Of a DNA stretch of 64,000 bases, positions 21,936 through 30,091 are shown piece by piece. Source of the DNA: an uncultured Chloroflexia bacterium (GTDB taxonomy: Bacteria; Chloroflexota; Anaerolineae; JAAYZQ01); contig CAVOXA010000005.1 of the NCBI GenBank assembly GCA_963700285.1, positions 64,001 to 128,000 on the forward strand, written 5' to 3'. The notes beneath the pieces were generated by a model, which saw only the letters and a list, made by a program, of their open reading frames with translations, did no database searches and was not told where the DNA came from. Within the stretch, counting starts at the first letter, position 1, and each line of letters opens with the position of its first letter. The position numbers and the translations under genes were made by a program.

Positions 21936-22703
21936 GTGACTGAACCCAAGATCCGGATCGACCAACGTGAGCTATTCCTACGACGGCCGAAGCCGCGCTC
22001 TGCAGGACATCACCCTCGACGTGCCCGCCAACGCCGTGACCGTCCTCTTCGGCCCGGCCGGCGGCGGCAAGACGACGCTGCTGCGCCTGATCAACCGGCT
22101 GAACGACCTGGTGGAGGGCACCAGGCATGTCCGGTCGCATTCTGCTGGACGGACGCGATATCTATGCCCCCGGCGTCGACGTTCCCGATCTGCGCCGGCG
22201 GGTGGGCATGGTTTTTGCTCTGCCCCTGCCCCTGCCCGGCACGATCCGCGAGAATGTTGACTATGGCCCCCGGCTGGCCGGCGATCCGGGACCAGACATG
22301 GCTGGACGAGGTCCTCGACCGCAGCCTGATCCCAGGCGGCGCTTTGGGACGAGGTCAAGGACCGGCTGGACGCTCCGGCCAGCTCGCTCTCCGGCGGGCA
22401 GCAGCAGCGGCTGTGCATCGCTCGCAGCCTGGCCCTGGAGCCCGAGGTGCTGCTGCTCGACGAGCCGACCTCGGGCCTGGACCCCATCTCCACCGGCAAG
22501 GTGGAGGAATCGCTTTATCGAGCTGAAAGCAAGAGTACACCATCGTCATCGTGCCGCACAGCGTCCAGCAGGCGGCCCGCGTGGCCGACTATGCCGCCTT
22601 TTTCCTGATGGGCGAACTGGTCGAGCACCGGCCGGGAACTGAGATCTTTACCACGCCCCAGGACAAACGCACGGAGGACTATGTCACCGGCCGGTTTGGA
22701 TAG
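21936..22703 (+). CDS. pstB: Phosphate ABC transporter ATPase, copy 1 (Q-loop degenerate), frameshifted
   Basis: [52 protein letters not shown]. Confidence 0.82.
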
Positions 22704-22722
22704 GGATCGGGGAGAATCGATC

Positions 22723-23475
22723 TTGAGCAAAATCCTGTCGGAGCACCTGACCTTCTACTATGGCGATGTTGCCGCACTGTCAGACATCTCCATGGAGATC
22801 CGCGACCGGCAGATCACGGCCCTGATCGGGCCGTCGGGCTGCGGCAAGTCCACCTTCCTGCGCTGCCTCAACCGGATGAACGACACCATCCCCGGCACCC
22901 GGGTCGAGGGCCAGGTGCTGCTCGACGGCCAGGACATCTATGCCCCTGGCACTGACGTGGTGGACCTGCGCCGCCGGGTGGGCATGGTCTTTCAGCGCCC
23001 CAACCCCTTTCCCCAGTCGGTCTATGACAACGTGGCCTTTGGCCCTCGCGTTCTGGGCATGGACCGCGGGGCGAGTCTGGACGACATCGTCGAAGAGAGC
23101 CTGCGCGGGGCAGCCCTGTGGGATGAGGTCAAGGACAACCTGAAGCAGGATGCTCTGAGCCTGTCCCTGGGCCAGCAGCAGCGGCTGTGCATCGCCCGCG
23201 CCATCGCCGTCAAGCCCGAGGTGATCCTGATGGATGAGCCTTGCTCGGCCCTGGATCCCATCGACACACTGGAGATCGAGGAGCTGATGCGCCAGCTCAA
23301 AGCAGACTATACCATCGTCATCGTCACCCACAACATGCAGCAGGCGGCCCGGGTCTCGGACTGGACAGGCTTTTTCTGGCTGGGCAAACTGGTGGAGTTT
23401 GGTGCGACGGAGCAGGTCTTTACGAGCCCGCGGCAGCAGCTGACCGATGATTACATCACCGGCCGGGCCGGGTGA
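22723..23475 (+). CDS. pstB: Phosphate ABC transporter ATPase, copy 2 (signature degenerate)
   Basis: [46 protein letters not shown]. Confidence 0.92.
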   Translation: MSKILSEHLTFYYGDVAALSDISMEIRDRQITALIGPSGCGKSTFLRCLNRMNDTIPGTRVEGQVLLDGQDIYAPGTDVVDLRRRVGMVFQRPNPFPQSVYDNVAFGPRVLGMDRGASLDDIVEESLRGAALWDEVKDNLKQDALSLSLGQQQRLCIARAIAVKPEVILMDEPCSALDPIDTLEIEELMRQLKADYTIVIVTHNMQQAARVSDWTGFFWLGKLVEFGATEQVFTSPRQQLTDDYITGRAG

Positions 23476-23495
23476 GGGCTGGAAGGGAGAGTGGG

Positions 23496-24179
23496 ATGCC
23501 CAGGCAGGCGTTCGAGCGCGAGTTGCAACACTTGGAGGACGAGATGCTGGCCTTGGCCAGCATGGTGGAGGAGGCCATTACCCATTCGGTGGACAGTTTG
23601 AGATTGCAGGATCTGGACAGTGCCCGTGGGTTGGTCGAGGCCGACGATGCCATCAACGAGAAACGATTCGACATTGAAGACGAGTGTATGATCGCCATCG
23701 CCACCCAACAGCCGATGGCTAGTGACCTACGCATCCTGGCCGCCATCCTGCACATCACTACCGAGTTGGAGCGCATCGGGGACTATGCCAAGGGCATCGC
23801 TCGCATCACCCTGATGATCGGCCAAGACCCACTGTTGAAACCCCTCATCGATATCCCCCGCATGGCGGAGCAGGCGCGCCTGATGCTGCACCAGGCCATG
23901 GAGGCTTTCATCGAGCGGGACGTGGCAAGGGCCAAGGTCATTCCCGACCAGGATGATCTGGTCGACGACCTGTACAACCAGGTGTATCGTGAGTTGATGA
24001 CCTATGTGCTCAAGGACCCCAAGAACATTGACCAGGCCAATTATCTGCTGTGGGCGGCCCACAACCTGGAGCGAACGGCCGACCGGGTGACCAACATCTG
24101 CGAGCGAGTGATTTTTATGGTCACCGGCAGGATGAAGGAGCTTGTGTCCGATGACTCTGGGCTGGAAAGCCTGTCGTAG
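23496..24179 (+). CDS. phoU: Phosphate signalling protein PhoU
   Basis: QQPMASDLR, ELERIGDY and NLERTADRVTNICE motifs; follows pstB. Confidence 0.95.
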   Translation: MPRQAFERELQHLEDEMLALASMVEEAITHSVDSLRLQDLDSARGLVEADDAINEKRFDIEDECMIAIATQQPMASDLRILAAILHITTELERIGDYAKGIARITLMIGQDPLLKPLIDIPRMAEQARLMLHQAMEAFIERDVARAKVIPDQDDLVDDLYNQVYRELMTYVLKDPKNIDQANYLLWAAHNLERTADRVTNICERVIFMVTGRMKELVSDDSGLESLS

Positions 24180-24288
24180 CCTGCGTGACGGGCCATTGTC
24201 TGCCTGAGAGCAGGTTGCACAGGGGTGGACGCGTTTCTTTGGCCGGACGGTGCCAGGCCCGGTCTGGCTATGAATCTGGAGTTTCTGC

Positions 24289-25008
24289 ATGACAGAGCAG
24301 CATGAAGAGGTTGGTCACTGTGACAAGAAGATTGTCATAACCGAAGACGGTCCGTACCTGGTCCAGGGGAACATTCCGCTGGTACGCAAGATACAGGTCG
24401 TCTCCGAGTACGGCGAGCCGCTGACGTGGAGACAGGGCGAGGTGTTTGAGACTCCCGAGACCTACGAACTCTGCCGCTGCGGGCAGTCAAGCTTCAAGCC
24501 GTTCTGTGACGTGACCCACAGTATCATCGAGTACGACGGTACAGAGACGGCAGATACGGGACCGACGGCCTGGCGCCAGAAGACATTCGAGGGAAGTACC
24601 GGGATCGTGGTCAGGCGCGATTACGCGCTCTGCTCTGAAGCGGGCTTTTGCGCGAACCGCAGGACCAGCGTCGAGGAGATGGTGCCCCATACAGTTGAAC
24701 CAGAGACACGGGCACAGGTCATGGCCATGATCGAGCGCTGCCCTTCCGGTTCGTTTGTCTATACCATCCGAGAGGGAGAACCTGACGTCGAGCCGGATCT
24801 GCCGCAGCAGATTGCCGTGACAACCGAGATTACATCGGACGGCCCCATCGCCGGCCCTCTGTGGGTCACAGGCAATATCCCCATTGAGCGCGCCGATGGG
24901 CAACCTCTGGAGACGCGAAACAGGGTCACCCTTTGCTGCTGCGGGCAGTCGGAGAACAAACCTCTGTGTGACGGCAAGCATCGGGAGGTGCACTCGCCGG
25001 TGCAGTGA
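24289..25008 (+). CDS. CDGSH iron-sulfur domain protein (two CDGSH domains flanking a Cys-containing Fe-S-like domain)
   Basis: LCRCGQSSFKPFCDVTH, CSEAGFC...RCPSG, LCCCGQSENKPLCDGKH. Confidence 0.85.
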   Translation: MTEQHEEVGHCDKKIVITEDGPYLVQGNIPLVRKIQVVSEYGEPLTWRQGEVFETPETYELCRCGQSSFKPFCDVTHSIIEYDGTETADTGPTAWRQKTFEGSTGIVVRRDYALCSEAGFCANRRTSVEEMVPHTVEPETRAQVMAMIERCPSGSFVYTIREGEPDVEPDLPQQIAVTTEITSDGPIAGPLWVTGNIPIERADGQPLETRNRVTLCCCGQSENKPLCDGKHREVHSPVQ

Positions 25009-25088
25009 CCCCAGTCGGTGAGGTTTTCGAGTAGGTCTGACATGGTCCTTTTTCCCTGAGCGACGATTCTGTCCGGGAGGAGCTACGC

Positions 25089-26540
25089 ATGAAAGCCATC
25101 ATGGTCATGTTTGATTCGCTGAACCGACGTTTGCTGCCGCCCTATGGCTGCGACTGGGTACATGCACCCAATTTCCAGCGACTGGCTGACCGTTCGATAA
25201 CCTACGACAATTGCTACATTGCTAGCTCACCCTGCATGCCCGCCCGGCGCGAGCTGCACACCGGGCGCTACAACTTTTTGCACCGTGGTTGGGGGCCAGT
25301 GGAACCTTTTGATGACTCTATGCCCCGGCTCCTCGACGAGAATGGGATCCACAGCCATTTGGCCAGCGATCACTATCACTACTGGGAAGAAGGCGGCTGT
25401 ACCTACCATACCCGCTATACTGCCTGGGACCTGTCCCGGGGACAGGAGGGCGATCCCTGGAAGGGTCAAGTGGCGGAGCCCCAGATCCCAGAGAGCCTCA
25501 GTGGCCGGACCGGGCGGTCCTGGCGACAGGACTGGGTGAATCGCGCGCACATGTTACGCGAGGAGGACTGGCCCCAGGCAAAGACCTTCCGCGAAGGGCT
25601 GGAATTCCTCGAGGCCAACCACGATCAGGACAACTGGTTCCTGCATATCGAAACCTTTGATCCTCACGAGCCCTTCTTTGCTCCCCAGCGGTACCGTGAC
25701 CTGTACCCCCACGACTATGATGGCCCTTCTTTCGACTGGCCCGAGTATCGCCGTGTACAAGAGACACCGGAACAGGTACAGCACTGCCGCTACGAGTACG
25801 CGGCCCTGCTCAGCATGTGTGACGCCTACCTGGGCAAGGTCCTGGACAAGGTGGACGAGCTTGACCTCTGGCAGGATACGATGCTGATCGTGAACACGGA
25901 CCACGGCTTTCTTCTGGGCGAGCATGGCTGGTGGGCCAAGGTGGTGCAGCCCTTCTATAACGAACTGGTAAATACGCCTCTCTTTGTCTGGGATCCCCGC
26001 CTGGGCCTGGCTGGTGAGCGCAGTGGAGCCCTGGTTCAAACCATCGACCTGGCGCCTACGGTACTCGAATTCTTTGGTCTGGAGCGCTCCCCAGATATGC
26101 TGGGCATCCCGATAGGCGATGGCAGAACTGGCCGTGAGGCCTGTCTGTTCGGGATGCACGGCGGACACGTCAACTGCACAGACGGGCGCTACGTGTACAT
26201 GCGGGCGCCGGCGACGGCAGAGAACGGGCCGCTGTTCAACTACACCCTTATGCCCACGCACATGAGAAGGCCCTTTTCCCTTGAGGAGCTTCGGGCCCTC
26301 GAGCTGGCCGGACCCTTCTCGTTCACAAAAGGCTGTCGCACGCTCAAGGTCCCGGCAACACCGCTGGCTGGGGACGCGTTCTCGTTTGGGAACCTGCTCT
26401 TCGATCTGGACTACGATCCGCAGCAGGAGCACCCCATTGAGGATCCCGTCCTTGAGGAGCGAATGATCAACCTCCTGGTCCGCCTCATGATGGAAAACGA
26501 TGCGCCATCGGAGCAATTCCTAAGGCTGGGGTTGCGGTGA
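25089..26540 (+). CDS. Cys-type sulfatase
   Basis: MFDSL, CMPAR (CxPxR), DPHEPF and TDHG motifs. Confidence 0.9.
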   Translation: MKAIMVMFDSLNRRLLPPYGCDWVHAPNFQRLADRSITYDNCYIASSPCMPARRELHTGRYNFLHRGWGPVEPFDDSMPRLLDENGIHSHLASDHYHYWEEGGCTYHTRYTAWDLSRGQEGDPWKGQVAEPQIPESLSGRTGRSWRQDWVNRAHMLREEDWPQAKTFREGLEFLEANHDQDNWFLHIETFDPHEPFFAPQRYRDLYPHDYDGPSFDWPEYRRVQETPEQVQHCRYEYAALLSMCDAYLGKVLDKVDELDLWQDTMLIVNTDHGFLLGEHGWWAKVVQPFYNELVNTPLFVWDPRLGLAGERSGALVQTIDLAPTVLEFFGLERSPDMLGIPIGDGRTGREACLFGMHGGHVNCTDGRYVYMRAPATAENGPLFNYTLMPTHMRRPFSLEELRALELAGPFSFTKGCRTLKVPATPLAGDAFSFGNLLFDLDYDPQQEHPIEDPVLEERMINLLVRLMMENDAPSEQFLRLGLR

Positions 26541-26607
26541 CACAGCCACCCAGTGCCTTTTCCATATCTTGATGGATCTCCCAGGAGGAGTGGTAAAGAG
26601 AGGTAAT

Positions 26608-27849
26608 GTGGTGGCTGGTGATAAAAAATGGACCTTTATGGTCTACCTGGCGGGAGACAACAATCTGGAGTCTTTTGGCACCAAGGATCTGATCGAGATG
26701 AAGGTGGCGGGTTCCAGCGATCAGGTCTCCATCGTGTCCCAGTTCGACCGCATGTCCGACGAGGTGACGCGGCGCTACTATCTGGCCACGGAAGGCAGTC
26801 TGATGGACAACTGTGTGGCCGAGTTGCCCGAGGTGAACACAGGGGACCCCAAAGCCCTCGCCGACTTTTGCTCGTGGGCCTGCAGCAGTTACCCAGCGGA
26901 GCACTATGCACTGGTGGTGTGGAATCACGGGACGGGCTGGAAGGACGAAGATATCTATCGCGCGGCTGAAGCCAGGGGACTTGCCGGGCTGGTCGGCCGG
27001 GGACAGGTCCGCAGCCTGTCCTCGGGCAAGCCGGGCCGGGCGCTCTTTGCCACCACCATGGCCAAGTTGGTCAACGAATCGATCAGGCGGGCCATCGCTT
27101 TTGACGATAGTGCCGCTGATTTCCTGGATAACCACGAGCTAAAGCGTGTGCTGCAGCAGGCTGCCCCTGCCTTCGGCGGACAGCTTGACCTCCTGGGCTT
27201 TGATGCCTGCCTGATGAGCATGCTGGAGGTCGACTACCAGCTCCAGCACCTCTGCCAGGTCGCCGTGAGTTCGCAGGAGAACGAACCGGGCGATGGTTGG
27301 CCCTACGGCGCCATAATCCGCAAGCTCAGGGCCGAGCCGGACATGACGGCTGAGACGCTGGGCAGGACAATCGTGGAGGAGTATGATCTTTCCTACCGCC
27401 TCAATCAACCGGGTGCATCGGTGACCCAGTCGGCCGTCGTACTGAACCGGCTGGAGCCGGTCGCCGGGGCGGTGGGTCACCTGGGGGCTACGCTGCTGGC
27501 ATATACGTCAGACCGGGCCACGATGGGCATTGTGTTCAATGCCGTGCGTTTTGCTCAGAGCTTCAGCGACCGCGACTATATCGACCTTGGCCACTTTTGC
27601 CAACTGCTGGCCGCAGACGACGTGGATGGAGCGATCGGAGCGGCGGCCCAGTCTGTCGTGGATCTGCTGGCGGCGGAAACGTCGCCCGTGATTGCAGAGG
27701 CTCACCATGGCCCAGAGGTTACGGATGCTTCTGGCCTCAGTATCTATCTGCCGACCAGGGTGGTGAGCCCCCTGTACAGGGACCTTGATTTTGCTCAGAA
27801 CCATGGCTGGGACGAGTTCCTGAGCTCTTTTGTCGATCCCAATGGGTAG
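26608..27849 (+). CDS. Clostripain-family (C11) cysteine peptidase
   Basis: WTFMVYLAGDNNL, NTGDP, WNHG (His), GFDACLM (Cys), GLSIYLP. Confidence 0.88.
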   Translation: MVAGDKKWTFMVYLAGDNNLESFGTKDLIEMKVAGSSDQVSIVSQFDRMSDEVTRRYYLATEGSLMDNCVAELPEVNTGDPKALADFCSWACSSYPAEHYALVVWNHGTGWKDEDIYRAAEARGLAGLVGRGQVRSLSSGKPGRALFATTMAKLVNESIRRAIAFDDSAADFLDNHELKRVLQQAAPAFGGQLDLLGFDACLMSMLEVDYQLQHLCQVAVSSQENEPGDGWPYGAIIRKLRAEPDMTAETLGRTIVEEYDLSYRLNQPGASVTQSAVVLNRLEPVAGAVGHLGATLLAYTSDRATMGIVFNAVRFAQSFSDRDYIDLGHFCQLLAADDVDGAIGAAAQSVVDLLAAETSPVIAEAHHGPEVTDASGLSIYLPTRVVSPLYRDLDFAQNHGWDEFLSSFVDPNG

Positions 27850-27875
27850 GCAAGGGCCATGGTCACCCAGTACGA

Positions 27876-28133
27876 TTGCTTCACGAGGAAGCACAGATCG
27901 AGAGCAAGTGCCACGCTTGCGGTTTGCGCGCACGTGCCGAAGAAAAGTCCGAATCGCTGATTGCGCGCCATTGGCGGTGGTACACCGGTTGGAGGGCCTA
28001 CGTCCAGGAACTGGAGAGCAAGGGGCTGGAAGCGCCAAGTCTGACGGAGGTCGAGCATCATACCCTGAGTAGCGGCGGTGTTAGTTCTGCCGAAAGTCGA
28101 TCTGATAGACCTGGATCCCTTTCTCGCAGTTAG
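27876..28133 (+). CDS. Small hypothetical protein with CxxC and Trp-rich motif, possibly decayed
   Basis: CHACGLRARAEEKSESLIARHWRWYTGWRAY; weak start, overlaps the convergent gene. Confidence 0.3.
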   Translation: MLHEEAQIESKCHACGLRARAEEKSESLIARHWRWYTGWRAYVQELESKGLEAPSLTEVEHHTLSSGGVSSAESRSDRPGSLSRS

Positions 28134-28728
28134 CCGAGGTTGGGGCTTCCACGGTGTTTGACTGGCAGTCCCAGCTCTTCTTCTCGGGAACTATGCACGC
28201 GTACCAAACTACCTCGCGGGGTCGATTGTCCAGGGTACCGTCCCAATTGTGATCTCCGGTTTGCTCCTGGCTTGACTTGTACCAGTAGCCATCAAAGTTT
28301 TCAGCCCAAAGGTGCACCCAGACGTCGCCCACCGGCTCGCCGTACCGGTCGAGCACGAAGCCGAAAAGCCGGGTCAGGGAGCAGTTCGGATAGGTAGCCA
28401 CAATCTCGCCGGTCCAAGGGTAGGACGGTGGATAGCCATTGACCATGATGGGCAAGAAGGCGGTGGTGGTGCTAACGGCGCTGAGCGAACCAGCGGCGCT
28501 CACAGTCGTCATCCGCGCCAATTGTGGCGCGCCGCGTGCCGGGGAGAGTACCTGAGGCGGCGCAACGGGCTTGTAGACGACGCTGGTTTTGGCCGATGCC
28601 AGCAAGGTGGCTGCGGCCATACTGAGCAGCATCACGGTGATGCCCAGGGCCATACTGGCCCAGACCTGCCGCCGCCTGGGCCCTTTCGGCGAAAGATGCG
28701 GCGCGTTGTGGCTTGCTCCACCTACCAT
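28081..28728 (-). CDS. Membrane-anchored/exported hypothetical protein
   Basis: N-terminal TM helix, FLPIMV motif, Cys-containing beta-rich C-domain; TGCTATACT extended -10 upstream. Confidence 0.6.
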   Translation of the reverse strand: MVGGASHNAPHLSPKGPRRRQVWASMALGITVMLLSMAAATLLASAKTSVVYKPVAPPQVLSPARGAPQLARMTTVSAAGSLSAVSTTTAFLPIMVNGYPPSYPWTGEIVATYPNCSLTRLFGFVLDRYGEPVGDVWVHLWAENFDGYWYKSSQEQTGDHNWDGTLDNRPREVVWYACIVPEKKSWDCQSNTVEAPTSANCEKGIQVYQIDFRQN

Positions 28729-28852
28729 GGGTCTTTTCCTTTTCTCGGGCGCTGCTGCAGTATAGCACAAGGGCGTAGAACGAGCAAGGGCTTCCATATT
28801 CTGGACCAGCGCCCTGGGCGGAAGTCTCACTATGCCGCCCGGATTGCCCGGT

Positions 28853-29050
28853 TCAAAGACCAATCCTCCGCTGCTGTTGCGTGAGGGCTTTATTGATGCG
28901 CGAGTGGTTGTCTCCCAGGGACAGACACCACACGCCTGCCTCAAAGTCAACGTACCTTTGCCCTTGCGCGTCATAGAGACAAGAACCCTGACCGTGAACG
29001 ATGCCGGTCTTGGCCAGATCGCAACCGGAACACCTGAATACGTGGCTCAC
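28853..29050 (-). pseudogene. 5' fragment of a class III (ArgD-like) aminotransferase
   Basis: IVHGQGSCLYDAQGQRYVDFEAGVWCLSLGDNH then stop; GGAGGAG RBS before GTG 29050. Confidence 0.65.
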
Positions 29051-29093
29051 GGCTCCTCCTTTCTTGCAGTTCCGGCTTCCGATGTGAGCTGCG

Positions 29094-29903
29094 CTAGCGA
29101 AGTGCCAGCAGCTCGGATACGGTGACGAACCGGTAGCCTTGCTCCCGCAGCCCCTGGATGATGCCCGGCAGGGCTTCTCTGGATGCAGGCCGGTTCTTGG
29201 CCATGACGTGCAGCAAGATGATAGAACCGGGGCGCGTGTCTGCCAGCACCTGCTCGACGATGCGCTGCGCGTCGTCCGGGGTGCCCGAGTACCCTTCGGG
29301 TGCAACGTCCCAAAAGATGTTCTTGCGCCCTGACCACCACAGGTAGTAGGGCAAGACGATCAGTTTTTTCCCGCCCGGTGACCGAAAGTGAATGTTGCCT
29401 TCGTAGCCCACTTCCCTGATCAGGCGGTCGGTCTCTTCTATCTCAGTTTTCACAAAACCAAAGGACTTGAGGACCATGCGCTTGTGACGGTAGGAGTGGT
29501 TGCCCAACTCGTGGCCTTGCTCGACAATCTGTTCTCCTGCCCCCGGATTCCGGGCAAGTGCCTTGCCAGTGACAAAGAAGGTTGCCTTGACGTCTTGTTC
29601 GCTGAGCACCTGCAGGATCTGTTCGGTGAATTGGTCGGAGGGGCCATCATCGAAGGTCAGGGCAACCACGCGGAGGTCCGTCTCCACGCGTGGCACGATG
29701 CCGCCAAAAAGCTGAAGGGTACGAGCTTTGCTCAGTTTCCAGGCGGAGAAGGTAACCAGTGCAGCAGCAAAGACGGCTACGGCTGAGATCCGCAACGCCA
29801 TCGCCTGGGCGTTGGAGGCAGATCCTCGGAAGGCGCGCCAGGCAGCCAGCCCGGCACCAGTCAGAGCGATGGCGAGCAGCAGGAGGATTCCAATCTCAAG
29901 CAT
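29094..29903 (-). CDS. Polysaccharide deacetylase (NodB/CE4), membrane-anchored
   Basis: TFDDGP, GNHSYRH, FRSPGG and ILLH motifs; two N-terminal TM helices. Confidence 0.92.
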   Translation of the reverse strand: MLEIGILLLLAIALTGAGLAAWRAFRGSASNAQAMALRISAVAVFAAALVTFSAWKLSKARTLQLFGGIVPRVETDLRVVALTFDDGPSDQFTEQILQVLSEQDVKATFFVTGKALARNPGAGEQIVEQGHELGNHSYRHKRMVLKSFGFVKTEIEETDRLIREVGYEGNIHFRSPGGKKLIVLPYYLWWSGRKNIFWDVAPEGYSGTPDDAQRIVEQVLADTRPGSIILLHVMAKNRPASREALPGIIQGLREQGYRFVTVSELLALR

Positions 29904-29909
29904 GGTGCT

Positions 29910-29939
29910 AGTATAGCAAGCCTGCTGCATCCCTGTCAA
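29910..29939 (-). promoter_or_regulatory. Sigma70 promoter, predicted leaderless transcript
   Basis: TTGACA-18 bp-TATACT (extended TG), 6 nt before the ATG. Confidence 0.6.
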
Positions 29940-30020
29940 GCCTGGTGGGACATTGGGGGCTGCTCGTTTCGCGCCAGGATGAGACTGTTCGCGGCGAGGC
30001 CTGGATCTGATCCTCTGCGC

Positions 30021-30060
30021 AAGAAAAGAGACCTCGGGGGTTTTCCGGAACCCCCGAGGT
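30021..30060 (-). terminator. Intrinsic terminator after the surface-protein gene
   Basis: 12-bp perfect stem ACCTCGGGGGTT/AACCCCCGAGGT followed by CTCTTTTCTT on the minus strand. Confidence 0.75.
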
Positions 30061-30091
30061 TGTGACTTTTGGGCTTGCTAGCCCGGGCGGC

